Shown here piece by piece: positions 11,121 through 20,849 of a stretch of 64,000 nt of DNA. Each line of letters begins with the position of its first letter. Position 1 is the first letter of the stretch. The stretch spans positions 2,016,001 to 2,080,000 of the forward strand of contig OZ242041.1 in the NCBI GenBank assembly GCA_965205215.1, read 5' to 3'. This stretch comes from Nitrosopumilus sp. Its GTDB lineage: Archaea > Thermoproteota > Nitrososphaeria > Nitrososphaerales > Nitrosopumilaceae. A program made the translations under genes and the position numbers. The notes under the pieces are model-generated. The model made no database searches. It saw nothing but the letters and a program-made list of their open reading frames with translations, and was not told the DNA's origin.

Positions 11121-12200
11121 TCACCCCAGGGATGCAATGGACTTCTCCAGCACTGGATACGGATCCTCCATCGATCGCACAAGCCGCGCGGCCTTTCTGG
11201 CGTACACGCTTCGTGGAGTACCAAGCATCCTCTTTGCAAGTTTGACAGCCTTGCCAGGATCTGATGTACGGTACAGCACCCCCTTGCGCGCCAAGAACCG
11301 CTCACCCCAGTTAGGTGCGGCGCCAGTCGATATTGTGGGCACGCCCAGCAGTGCGGACTCTGACGTCATGGTGCCACCCGAGCCCACGAACAGATCGGTG
11401 TTCTCCAGCAGGGAACGGCCGTCATACGACTTGGTCAGGACTGTCACCTTGCCTCCAAGCTCCTTTTGCAGCCTTCTTATCTGATCTGCATATCTTGCAA
11501 GTACCACGATTCTGGCGCCTTCCAGTTGATCCGCAAAGGCTTCAAGTATCTGCCGCATGTTGTCGTCACTCTTCCTTATGTACGCAGACTGCTCCTCGGC
11601 CATCCTAAACAGGATTATCTTGCTCGGGCTTGCCCCTTTGCCGCTGCCCTTGTTGTAACGGAAGAACGGCGCCGCGCCGCGCGAAGCGGCGGGCGCATAC
11701 TGGGATATGATGTAGGCCGCATCAAAGGCCCTGTATGTCATTATCTGGCCTGCCCCAATCCCGTACCTGACAAATGCGGACTTTGGTATGTACGAGGGTA
11801 TGATCAACCGCTGCACGAGCGGAACGGCAAGCCGCATCTGCGGTATGATGTGTGGCGAGTCAAAAAAGGCCACGTGGTTCATGCCAAGGCCGTATGAGAC
11901 CCGTGCGGCCTCGGGCGAGCAGAAGCTTATCGCAAGGTCCACGCCTCCCGCATGCTCCTCCTCAACAAATCGCTGCAGGCGCGCCACGCGCGAGGTACTG
12001 GCCCGTAGCTTTTCGGCCTTGTCGCCCCCGCCGTGCCGCCCAACAATCGTGAGGTCGATATCGTGTATCTTGGCAAGGTTTTCCAGCTCCCTGTATTTGC
12101 GGCCTGTACAGACCACCTCGTGCTTCCGGGCCAGTCTCCTTGCCATGGGCGTAAAGAACAGTATCTCCTTCGGGGTCAGTATGTCAAACCAGATCTTCAA
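11121..12200 (-). CDS. DUF354 GT-B family protein
   Basis: KIWFDILTPK, VGRHGG, GSGGTMTSESALLGVP. Probable TTG start at 12200. Confidence 0.85.
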   Translation of the reverse strand: MKIWFDILTPKEILFFTPMARRLARKHEVVCTGRKYRELENLAKIHDIDLTIVGRHGGGDKAEKLRASTSRVARLQRFVEEEHAGGVDLAISFCSPEAARVSYGLGMNHVAFFDSPHIIPQMRLAVPLVQRLIIPSYIPKSAFVRYGIGAGQIMTYRAFDAAYIISQYAPAASRGAAPFFRYNKGSGKGASPSKIILFRMAEEQSAYIRKSDDNMRQILEAFADQLEGARIVVLARYADQIRRLQKELGGKVTVLTKSYDGRSLLENTDLFVGSGGTMTSESALLGVPTISTGAAPNWGERFLARKGVLYRTSDPGKAVKLAKRMLGTPRSVYARKAARLVRSMEDPYPVLEKSIASLG

Positions 12201-12262
12201 CGGGCTTGGTTCGGGACACCTACTAATAATGCAATGCAACGAGGCCAGGAGATCCTCCGGCC

Positions 12263-12373
12263 CTCATCGTCATCACCGCAATCACCATCATCATCACCAT
12301 CATCATCATCATCACCATCATCATCACCATCATCATCATCACCATCATCATCACCATCACCAGCAACAGCAAT
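12263..12373. repeat. (CAT/CAC)n trinucleotide microsatellite
   Basis: About 30 consecutive CAT/CAC triplets followed by CAG/CAA. Confidence 0.95.
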
Positions 12374-12600
12374 AGCGACGATGTTGGTAGCATGTTGCCA
12401 GACAGGCTCGCACAAGTGAGGCCGAGAAACGGGGGGACGAAAACGGTATTTTGTGGCAACTTTTGCATATCCGAAGATTTCACGTGTTGCGCCACGGGTG
12501 CTTTATCACAACAAGCACGAATACAAGCTACTATGCCTGCAAACTTCGGACAAGGGAATCGTTCCGCGGCCATACGCGTGACGCGGTAGCAGTTCCCCCG

Positions 12601-13539
12601 TTATTTCAGGTCCAAGTAGACCGGGACACCCCTCCTGGCCGACAGGAGCGCGGATTCGGCTATCTTTGTCACGTTGATTGCGTGCTGTGGCTTTACCCGC
12701 AGCTCTGCCTCCCCCCTGACTGCGTCAATAAAGTTCCGTATCTCCAGCAGCAGCGGTTCTTGCGCCTCCCCTTCCACGAGCGACACGCCGTCGCTCTTCT
12801 CCACCTTGATCTCCTGCGTGATAAAGTCAGAAGAGATTACCGCCTCGGTGCAGACGGCGCCGAACCTCCGCACCTTTACAGGCGTCAGCCAGTTGGAGAG
12901 TATCATTGCGACCTTGTTGTCGTCAAACCCCAGCATGATGGAGGAAAAGTCCTCATGCTCGTGCTTTATGCGCCCCGCGCTTGCAAACACCACGTTGGGC
13001 GTCCTGTCAAACAGCCACAGGGCCGTGTCGATGTCGTGTACCGCGGTATCATAAATTATTCCCACGTCCTTTATGTGGAGGGGCATGCGGTTCTCCCTGT
13101 GGAACTCTAGCATCACAAGATCCCCGTATTTTTTCGAGCTGACAAAGTCCTTTACTATATCCACGGCCGGATTGAACCGCTCTATGTATCCGCACGTCAG
13201 CAGGACGCCGTTTCTGTCGGCAAGGTCGCGCAAGCGTTCCCCGTCCCCAGAGTCATACGTCAGCGGCTTTTCGACAAATACGTGCTTTTTGCGGTTCAGC
13301 AGCTTTGTGGCAATGTCCGCGTGCGTCTTTGTGGGCGTGCACACGAGCGCCGCATCAAACTCCTCGCCGTCCAGCAGGCCGTCCACCGAGCCATAACCAG
13401 GTACCGAATACTGCTGTGAGAACTGCCTGCGGCGCTCACCGTCTGAGTCGCATACGGCGCAAAGGGCCCCCAGATGCGAGAGGACGCGCGCGTGGTGCCT
13501 GCCCCACCCGCCCGTGCCTATCTGCGCGACGCGTACCAT
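12601..13539 (-). CDS. Gfo/Idh/MocA oxidoreductase (WbpB/WlbA-like)
   Basis: IGTGGWG..H, HVFVEKP, GYIERFNPA, DTAVHDID. Confidence 0.92.
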   Translation of the reverse strand: MVRVAQIGTGGWGRHHARVLSHLGALCAVCDSDGERRRQFSQQYSVPGYGSVDGLLDGEEFDAALVCTPTKTHADIATKLLNRKKHVFVEKPLTYDSGDGERLRDLADRNGVLLTCGYIERFNPAVDIVKDFVSSKKYGDLVMLEFHRENRMPLHIKDVGIIYDTAVHDIDTALWLFDRTPNVVFASAGRIKHEHEDFSSIMLGFDDNKVAMILSNWLTPVKVRRFGAVCTEAVISSDFITQEIKVEKSDGVSLVEGEAQEPLLLEIRNFIDAVRGEAELRVKPQHAINVTKIAESALLSARRGVPVYLDLK

Positions 13540-13673
13540 CGGCAGTACGCCCCCACATCTCACTTAAAACTTGACCCGTCCAGTCCTTCGGATTGTAGGC
13601 CGCCATACTGTCATAAAACCCGGCCGGCGGATCCATAGGGCAAGCCACCGGCAGCCTGCAGCTGCTGCCGTTG

Positions 13674-14243
13674 TTACAGCCCACCAAAGCTCTCCGGCCT
13701 CTTCAGTATGCCCCCGCCCGCCAGAAACCCGAGCTTCTCGTCCAAGTTCCTCATGGCCTTGACGTCGTCCGGGGTCAGGCTCTCCCCCGCGTCGGCCTTT
13801 TTGAGCGCGCCCAGAACCTCGTAAAGCAGCGGCGCCAGCACCTCCCGTTGCACGCCTGGCGGAAGCTTGTACATGTACGGGTTGCTCTCGACGCTTATCT
13901 CGATTTCGGAGCGGAACGCGCTCGTACGGCGCATGTGCAGGTAGCCGACCAGTATCATAATCGGGAACCCGGCCAAGGTTACGAGCGCGATGTACAGCGT
14001 AAAGCTTGAGAATACGGACTGCAGGGCCGGATAGTTGTTCACCGCCAGATAGTACGTCAGGGTGAGCGTGTTGGCCGCGCCAAATATGAACATGAAGTAT
14101 TCCGAGTATCCGGTCCGGAAGTAAAACCAGGAGCGGAAGGGCACCGACCGCTTAGAACCGTGGCTGCCGTGGTTGCCGTCGCGCACCTTGCTGCTGCGCA
14201 GGTCGCCGCTGCTGCCGCTGCCGTCCCCGCCGTCATCGCTCAA
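13674..14243 (-). CDS. Two-TM hypothetical membrane protein (paralog of next gene)
   Basis: FR.WFYFRTGY..Y, LT.TYYLA, GY.H shared with the neighbouring gene. Confidence 0.75.
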   Translation of the reverse strand: MSDDGGDGSGSSGDLRSSKVRDGNHGSHGSKRSVPFRSWFYFRTGYSEYFMFIFGAANTLTLTYYLAVNNYPALQSVFSSFTLYIALVTLAGFPIMILVGYLHMRRTSAFRSEIEISVESNPYMYKLPPGVQREVLAPLLYEVLGALKKADAGESLTPDDVKAMRNLDEKLGFLAGGGILKRPESFGGL

Positions 14244-14728
14244 TCGTCTATCACGCCCCTCGCATACGAGCCCACGCTCCCCCCGTCGATCAGGTGCCGG
14301 AGGCGCTCCCGGAGACGGTCAATCTCGCCGAGCTCCTCGTCGGTAAGCTTCTCAGATATGGAGCTCTTGAGTACGGCCCTCAGGATCATCTTGTAGGCCG
14401 GCCCGAACACCTCACGCATGAACCCGGGCTGGAACTTGTAGTTGAATATGTTGTTCTGCATGTTGATTGCCACGGCGGCGGAGTGCGCGCCTATCCTCTT
14501 GTAGTGGGCGTACCCTACAACCGTAACCGTGGGAATTGCCACCAGCACCGCCGTTACGACGTACATCTCAAACGTGGGAAAGACCTCCTTGATAAACGGA
14601 ATCTCATCTATGGCCAGAAAGTAGGTGGACGTCAGGACGTTGACGGCCCCCAGCAACATGATTAGGTATGCGGCGTATCCCGTCCTAAAGTAGAACAGGG
14701 TGCGAAAGCCCCTCCTAGTCGCCTTCAT
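14240..14728 (-). CDS. Two-TM hypothetical membrane protein
   Basis: FR.LFYFRTGY..Y, LTSTYFLA, GYAH. 4-bp overlap with the downstream paralog. Confidence 0.75.
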   Translation of the reverse strand: MKATRRGFRTLFYFRTGYAAYLIMLLGAVNVLTSTYFLAIDEIPFIKEVFPTFEMYVVTAVLVAIPTVTVVGYAHYKRIGAHSAAVAINMQNNIFNYKFQPGFMREVFGPAYKMILRAVLKSSISEKLTDEELGEIDRLRERLRHLIDGGSVGSYARGVIDD

Positions 14729-14844
14729 GCCGGCAATACCCGTGATAGGCATAAAAAGATCACGACGTTGCGGTCGGCCTAAATCCTTTTTAGATCGGCT
14801 GTGCAACGCACGTCGCCCAAGAGCAGGCACGCAGACGGACCGGG

Positions 14845-14980
14845 ATGATGCGATCGTACGATACCGGTGACTTTCGGTTCACCCAGGCGTGCTACACAGA
14901 GGGCGACCCCCGGTTAGAGAACCTGGTGAGGGTTTGGCTAAAGCACCGATGATCCCGCGCGAGTCAGAACCGGGGCACAA
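14845..14980 (+). ncRNA. Candidate two-hairpin H/ACA-like sRNA
   Basis: Stem CCCCGGTT/AACCGGGG followed by CACA. Internal TGA...GATGA K-turn-like motif. The upstream hairpin GGTGA/TCACC is also followed by ACA. Confidence 0.35.
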
Positions 14981-15018
14981 TCCCAAGCCATATAGCGGGG
15001 GCCGCGCCACCCGACACG

Positions 15019-15432
15019 TTGGCAAACCGCTGGCTTGCAAAGCAGGAACCCAGCGCCTACTCGTTTGAGCAGCTGAGGCGCGACCGCACCACCATGTGGG
15101 ACGGCGTCCACAACAATTTGGCGCTCAAGCACATACGCAACATGAGGCCCGGCGACCAGGTGCTGTTCTACCACACGGGCAAGGAGAAGAGGGCAGTCGG
15201 GATCATGCAGGTTACCTCAAAGCCGTACCCGAACCCCGAGGAGGCAGACGAGCGGTTCGTGGTGGTGGATGTAAAGTACAAAAAGCCGCTGAAGCGGCCC
15301 GTCACGCTGGCGGAGATCAAGCAGAACGAAAGGATGGCAGGGTGGGATCTCCTGCGCATATCGCGCCTGTCAGTCATGCCGGTCCCCAAGGACGTGTGGG
15401 ACGAGGTAATCCGGATGTCAGAGCAGGCATGA
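15019..15432 (+). CDS. EVE domain protein
   Basis: WL.K.EP..YS, WDGV.N..A, M.PGD..LFYHTG, RLSV.PV...W. Confidence 0.93.
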   Translation: MANRWLAKQEPSAYSFEQLRRDRTTMWDGVHNNLALKHIRNMRPGDQVLFYHTGKEKRAVGIMQVTSKPYPNPEEADERFVVVDVKYKKPLKRPVTLAEIKQNERMAGWDLLRISRLSVMPVPKDVWDEVIRMSEQA

Positions 15433-15514
15433 CGCAGGCCCCGGACGGCGGCGGATCATGTCCTGCGGTTCGGCCGCGCGAACTGTTGATATATGCCCCG
15501 TATTGACAGCTGCC

Positions 15515-15754
15515 ATGGCAACAGCGTATGTCTTGATAAACTGTGAGCTGGGTTCCGAGGAGGACATCATCAGCCAGCTGAAGGGGCTTGAGGGCGTCAT
15601 CGAGGTTCACGGCACGTTTGGTGCGTATGACATACTGGCAAAGATCGAGTCTGAGACGGTCGAAAAGCTCAGGGAGACGATCACCTGGAAGATCAGGAAG
15701 ATCGAAAAGATCCGCTCGACGCTCACCCTGATGGGCATCGAGGGCCAGACGTGA
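15515..15754 (+). CDS. Lrp/AsnC ligand-binding (RAM) domain protein
   Basis: AYVLINCELG.E, FGAYDI.AK, KIRKI..IRSTLTL. Confidence 0.9.
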   Translation: MATAYVLINCELGSEEDIISQLKGLEGVIEVHGTFGAYDILAKIESETVEKLRETITWKIRKIEKIRSTLTLMGIEGQT

Positions 15755-15869
15755 GCCGCGCACCACTGACTTTTTCTCATTTCCACATACCACAGCGGAT
15801 GACTGCGAGCACCCGCCCACAAGCGGCAGCGCAACAACACCAATAACCCGCCCAAGCACACCACACGCA

Positions 15870-16460
15870 ATGCCCGTGCTCCACTTCATATTCGTCACAA
15901 AGCACGAGCAGGACAGGGCCGCCTCGGGCCGCGACTACAACTACGTCCAGAGGATGGCCGCGTTCTACGGCTCCTGGATACGCGAAAAGTTCGGCATCTC
16001 ATACGAGATCAAATGCGACGAGCTGGTCGCAAACCCCCGCGGCGTTCTTGACCGCATCAACATGCACACGCTCGTCAGGGACCACGAGCACCGCGGCAGG
16101 GACACCTACCACTTCTACCTGACATACTTCAGGCCCATCTGGACCGACTGCACGTGCGAGGGGTACCACGCCGAGAACTTTGGCATGGCGTACTGGCAGT
16201 CCCCCAAGGATGCGGACATCTCCGGTGAGGACGCCGACCTGTTCTTTGCAGAGAAGAACTGCACCGTCGTGTCGCACCAGATACTGCACGAGATGCTGCG
16301 CATGCAGGGCAACAAGCGCCACATACAGGACGTGCACGACCTGTGGACCAAGCACGTCTTCTCGCAGCTGGAGTTCGTCCAGTATGACGGCTCGCACGAG
16401 GTTACGGAGGAGAGGCCGTCGTTTCTCGTCGTGGATGTATCCGCGCTCGAATCGGGCTGA
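15870..16460 (+). CDS. Conserved hypothetical protein (zincin-like HxxxH)
   Basis: Clean ORF, WTDCTCEGYHAENFG, SHQILHE. Confidence 0.7.
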   Translation: MPVLHFIFVTKHEQDRAASGRDYNYVQRMAAFYGSWIREKFGISYEIKCDELVANPRGVLDRINMHTLVRDHEHRGRDTYHFYLTYFRPIWTDCTCEGYHAENFGMAYWQSPKDADISGEDADLFFAEKNCTVVSHQILHEMLRMQGNKRHIQDVHDLWTKHVFSQLEFVQYDGSHEVTEERPSFLVVDVSALESG

Positions 16461-17096
16461 TCAGCACTTTGTCACGGAATATATCGTGTTCTCAAAGTTT
16501 GCCGCCTTGAACTCCAGCCTGTTCTCCGGGTCGTCCGGCCTCTGGCCGTTGAGCCTTGCAAGCTCTTTGGTGGCGTCCCTCTTGAACCCGGTGGAGGATC
16601 CGTATATGGCATCAGTAAGCATTGTCCCCTGCTCGCCGCTCTTTATGTCGTCGACCACCTTGTAGAACCTCTCCGTGTCCTTTGCTCCCACGGGGTTGCC
16701 GGTGGCCTTGTTCGTGGCGACGGCGATGTACACGCCCCCCGCGTTCTTTACGGCGACCTGAACGCGGTGGTTCTTGCCCGACGCGCCGGGGATCGTCTCG
16801 TTGACCAGCACGGTGCACTTGTGGTACACGCTGGACACGAACGCGTAGAACCTGTACTGGGCGTACTTGCCGGCCTCGTCCTCCTCGCACTCTACGAATA
16901 TCCTGTGTAGCATCGAGAGCGCATCGTCGTTCATGCTCTGCAGGCGGTCGTCTATCCTGCCGCGCTCCAAGAGGTCGGACTTGCACTCCTTTGCTATCAT
17001 GACAAGTATAAAGTCCGGCAGGTTGTAGTTCTTGAGGGCCGCCACGAACGCGCCCGCCTGCGACATGCCGAACTTTGGAAAGCCCTTGTTGACCAT
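16461..17096 (-). CDS. Conserved hypothetical protein, possible degenerate Mrr-like C-terminal domain
   Basis: Clean ORF. GASGKNH.V.V.V and STGF...A resemble an Mrr_cat scaffold. Confidence 0.65.
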   Translation of the reverse strand: MVNKGFPKFGMSQAGAFVAALKNYNLPDFILVMIAKECKSDLLERGRIDDRLQSMNDDALSMLHRIFVECEEDEAGKYAQYRFYAFVSSVYHKCTVLVNETIPGASGKNHRVQVAVKNAGGVYIAVATNKATGNPVGAKDTERFYKVVDDIKSGEQGTMLTDAIYGSSTGFKRDATKELARLNGQRPDDPENRLEFKAANFENTIYSVTKC

Positions 17097-17275
17097 TATG
17101 CGCGGCTCCTGGGGGCGGTGCTGGGGATGGCTGACAACGCCCTGTATGGCCGCTTTTTGCTTATAATTGTATATTGCTGTAAGGCGGCGCCTGCTACACG
17201 GCTCCCCGACATCCCGGTGCGGCGGCGCAGTCTAGAGTTAAATTCGGGCCGGCCCCCGCCAAGCTCGTAACGATA

Positions 17276-19570
17276 ATGAGCAAGACCACGCTTGACATGG
17301 TGCGCGGCGCATACGGCGCAATGTCCGAGAGGCTGAAGGAATACCGCAGCAAGGTGGGGGGCGCAAGGCCGCTGACCCTGGCCGAGAAGATACTGGCGGG
17401 GCACCTTGACTGCGCGCCGTCCGGCCCCATTGCAAGGGGCAAAGACTACGTGTTTCTGAGGCCCGACAGGGTCGCCCTGCAGGACGTGACGGGGCAGATG
17501 GTGATGCTGCAGTTCATGCAGACCGGGCTGGGCCGCGTTACAATACCCACGACGGTCCACTGCGACCACCTGATACGGGCCGAGTCCGGCGGCGAGGAGG
17601 ACATGAAGGCGTCGCTCGGCAAGAACAACGAGGTCTTCGAGTTTCTGCGCACCGCCGCGGCCAGGTACGGGTGCGGGTTCTGGAAGCCGGGCGCCGGCAT
17701 CATACACCAGGTGGTGCTTGAGAACTACGCGTTCCCGGGGGGGCTGATGATAGGCACCGACTCCCACACCCCGAACGCAGGAGGCCTCGGCATGGTGGCA
17801 GTCGGGGTCGGGGGGCTTGACGCCGCCGAGGTGATGGCCGGAAGCCCGTGGGAGCTGCTGTATCCGAAGATGATCGGGGTCAAACTCACCGGCTCCCTGC
17901 GCGGGTGGGCGGCACCCAAGGACGTCATACTGAAGGTGGCCGAGACCCTGACCGTATCCGGCGGCACCAACTCGATTGTGGAATACTTTGGGGAGGGCTC
18001 CTCGTCGATAAGCTGCACGGGCAAGGCGACGATCACGAACATGGGCGCGGAGATAGGCGCGACCTGCTCCGTGTTCCCGTACGACGAGAAAATGTCGGCA
18101 TACCTGAGGATGACCGAGCGCGCCGAGATTGCGGATCTGGCAGACAAGTACGCGGACGAACTGCTCGCAGCCGATCCGGAAGTCGGGGCCGACCCCGAAA
18201 AGTACTTTGACCAGGTGATAGAGATCAACCTCTCCAAACTGGAGCCCCACATCGTGGGGCCGCACACGCCGGACCTGGCAAGGCCCATCTCGGGGCTTGC
18301 CAAGGACGTGGAGTCGAACTCGTACACGGACGAGATCTCCGTGGCGCTGATCGGCAGCTGCACCAACTCGTCCTACGAGGACATGTCGCGCGCAGCCAGC
18401 CTGGCAGAGCAGGCAAGCAGGCTCGGCATCACGTCAAAGGCGCCGCTGCTTGTAACTCCGGGCTCCGAGCAGATACGGGCCACGATCGAGCGCGACGGGC
18501 AGATGGAATCGCTGCGTGGCATAGGCGCGACCGTCCTTGCAAACGCCTGCGGGCCCTGCATAGGGCAGTGGAACAGGCCCGAGCTCGAGCCCGGCGCCGA
18601 GAACACCATCGTAACGACGTTCAACCGCAACTTTCCGGGCCGCAACGACGGCAGGCGCTCGACTTTGAACTTTATCGGCAGCCCCGAGATGATCATAGCG
18701 CTGGCGCTCGGGGGCCGGCTCTCGTTTGACCCCACGAGGGACGAGCTCGTGTCGGCCGACGGCACGAGGCACGTGCTCGAGCCGCCCCCGCCGGCGCCCG
18801 AGGTGCCGCCCCGGGGGTTCGCGGGCACCGACTCGGTGTACGTGGAGCCGCCCGCGGCAGGGGATGCTGAGAGCATAAGGGTCGCGATAGACCCGGACAG
18901 CGGCAGGCTGCAGAAACTGGAGCCATTCGAGCCGTGGGACGGGCAGGACTACGAGGAGATGTCCGTAATGGCAAAGGCCCGCGGCAAGTGCACCACCGAC
19001 CACATCTCGCCTGCCGGCGCGTGGCTGTCACTGAGGGGCCACCTTGACAGGCTGAGCGACAACCTGCTGCTTGGCGCCGTAAACGCGTTCACGGGGGACG
19101 TGGGCTCCGGAAAGAACGCGCTGACCGGCAAGACGGAGCAGTTCGCGGCCATCGCAAGGCAGTACAAGGAGCAGCGCATGAAGTGGGTCATAGTGGGAGA
19201 CCACAACTACGGCGAGGGCAGCAGCAGGGAGCACGCCGCAATGACGCCGCGCTACCTGGGGTGCGCGGCGGTCATTGCAAGGAGCCTTGCACGCATACAC
19301 GAGACCAACCTCAAAAAGCAGGGGGTGCTGGCCCTGACCTTTGCGGACCACGCGGACTACGACCGCATACGGGAGGACGACCGCATAAGCCTGCACGGGC
19401 TGTCGCACATGGAGCCCGGCAGGCCCGTAGCATGCACGATAACGCACGCGGACGGCGAGTCGGAGGACATACAACTGGCGCACTCGTACAACGAGCTCCA
19501 GATAGAATGGTTCAAGGCGGGCTCCGCCCTGAACGTGCTCAAGCGCGGGCGGGACGGGCAGGACGCGTGA
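17276..19570 (+). CDS. acn: Aconitate hydratase
   Basis: TLAEKIL, HCDH, GTDSHTPNAGG, IGSCTNSSYED, NACGPCIG, TTDHISPAG, YGEGSSREHAA. Confidence 0.97.
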   Translation: MSKTTLDMVRGAYGAMSERLKEYRSKVGGARPLTLAEKILAGHLDCAPSGPIARGKDYVFLRPDRVALQDVTGQMVMLQFMQTGLGRVTIPTTVHCDHLIRAESGGEEDMKASLGKNNEVFEFLRTAAARYGCGFWKPGAGIIHQVVLENYAFPGGLMIGTDSHTPNAGGLGMVAVGVGGLDAAEVMAGSPWELLYPKMIGVKLTGSLRGWAAPKDVILKVAETLTVSGGTNSIVEYFGEGSSSISCTGKATITNMGAEIGATCSVFPYDEKMSAYLRMTERAEIADLADKYADELLAADPEVGADPEKYFDQVIEINLSKLEPHIVGPHTPDLARPISGLAKDVESNSYTDEISVALIGSCTNSSYEDMSRAASLAEQASRLGITSKAPLLVTPGSEQIRATIERDGQMESLRGIGATVLANACGPCIGQWNRPELEPGAENTIVTTFNRNFPGRNDGRRSTLNFIGSPEMIIALALGGRLSFDPTRDELVSADGTRHVLEPPPPAPEVPPRGFAGTDSVYVEPPAAGDAESIRVAIDPDSGRLQKLEPFEPWDGQDYEEMSVMAKARGKCTTDHISPAGAWLSLRGHLDRLSDNLLLGAVNAFTGDVGSGKNALTGKTEQFAAIARQYKEQRMKWVIVGDHNYGEGSSREHAAMTPRYLGCAAVIARSLARIHETNLKKQGVLALTFADHADYDRIREDDRISLHGLSHMEPGRPVACTITHADGESEDIQLAHSYNELQIEWFKAGSALNVLKRGRDGQDA

Positions 19571-19668
19571 TCTTGGTTCCATGCGGTTACGAACCGTACG
19601 GACTACTAGGGGGCGCCATCACGGTGCATGCCGCGCGCAGTCAGTGTGACCGCGCTGTTAAGGGGACG

Positions 19669-19818
19669 TGGGGCCGACCGGAATCGAACCGGCGACCTAC
19701 GGGTCACTACAGCTCCAAACTTACATCATCCGTGAGTCAGTTTGCTTAGTTTACCTCTGGAGCCCTTAGCGGTGATCTGTGTAGATACTGTCGCCCTACC
19801 AGGCTAGGCTACGACCCC
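19669..19818 (-). tRNA. tRNA-Trp(CCA) with two introns (19766-19789 at 28/29; 19705-19756 at 37/38)
   Basis: Acceptor GGGGTCG/CGGCCCC-A, T-arm GCCGG TTCGATT CCGGT. The spliced anticodon arm reads ACGGG-CT CCA GA-CCCGT. BHB motifs at both junctions. Confidence 0.85.
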
Positions 19819-19989
19819 ACAATACTGCGTCTGCATGCTTGAATTTTAAGCTATATGAGGCAGCAGTATGATCCAGGCCCATTGAAGGTTCATGCCCGTC
19901 GTCCTGCGTCCTAAGGCATCACAGGAGACCGTGCCATGCCCCAAAGCGCTTGGAATCAAACTTATTTGACGACACGGCGTACATACCGC

Positions 19990-20532
19990 ATGGTAAGGCC
20001 GTTCTATCTGGCTCTGGGCGCCATTCCAGTCGTCATGGCGCTCCTCATCTCGGTGCCCCTCCTGACCAAAAACGAGATACCCGTGTCAGCAGCACACTCC
20101 TTTGACACGATAGACATCGAGTATACAAAGCACCAGCTCAAAAAGGTCTCGCACGGCATAACGGAGCGGGTGGGCTCGCAGTACACGGAGATTCTGGTCA
20201 TAAAGAACGACGGCGAGGTGAGGTATACAGTCTCCGACCAGGGGTACCTCAGGCCCGACATAAAGTCCGAGCTTGACGACGCAAAGCTTGCAAAGATCAG
20301 GGCCCTCATAAAGGAGACGGGGTTCATCTCCATCCCGTCGGAGTCGTTTCCGGTGTTTGAGAACGCGACCGAATACCAAAAGTCAAACGTAAAGGTGACG
20401 CTCAACGGCAGGACCAACCAGCTCCACTGGCCGGAGCAGAACGTCACGTCCGGATTCATACCGCCCATAATCACGATGGTGGAGTCGGAGCTCGACGGGA
20501 TCATAGAGGACCTGCAGAAGCGGCAGCCGTGA
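19990..20532 (+). CDS. Membrane-anchored hypothetical protein
   Basis: N-terminal TM helix, clean ORF. Confidence 0.7.
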   Translation: MVRPFYLALGAIPVVMALLISVPLLTKNEIPVSAAHSFDTIDIEYTKHQLKKVSHGITERVGSQYTEILVIKNDGEVRYTVSDQGYLRPDIKSELDDAKLAKIRALIKETGFISIPSESFPVFENATEYQKSNVKVTLNGRTNQLHWPEQNVTSGFIPPIITMVESELDGIIEDLQKRQP

Positions 20533-20636
20533 CGACGATTGCGACAACTGGGGGGAGGGCCGCGTTGGAACTCGCATCCTTACACCATAACCCGGGCCTG
20601 CTGGCTGCGGGCGCCTGTGGATTCTAGTGATGCCAG

Positions 20637-20776
20637 TCCGGTTTGGACGCAGACGCCGCACGAGGCGGACTCCCGCCGTGTCGTGACTGCACGCCCTGCC
20701 CTTGGGCACAAATCACAATCACCTGAATTCACGCGCTGGCAAGAAACGAACCGGATCTCAGAGATGGTAGGGGAGT
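20637..20776 (+). repeat. ~140-bp imperfect direct repeat, copy 1
   Basis: Aligns without gaps to 21662-21801 (shared TTGGACGCAG, CGTGACTGCACGCCCTG, TTGGGCAC, GCTGGCAAGA, CGGATCTCA). Confidence 0.9.
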
Positions 20777-20849
20777 CGGGCCATCACCCGACAATACACA
20801 GAAACCTGAGAGCGAGTAGCTTGGAAACACACTCTCAACTACTAATCTT

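Noticed and set aside
19700-19715. CT-GTA-G read as a tRNA-Tyr anticodon
   Set aside because: The G1-C72 acceptor and the BHB geometry fit Trp(CCA). Archaeal tRNA-Tyr uses C1-G72.
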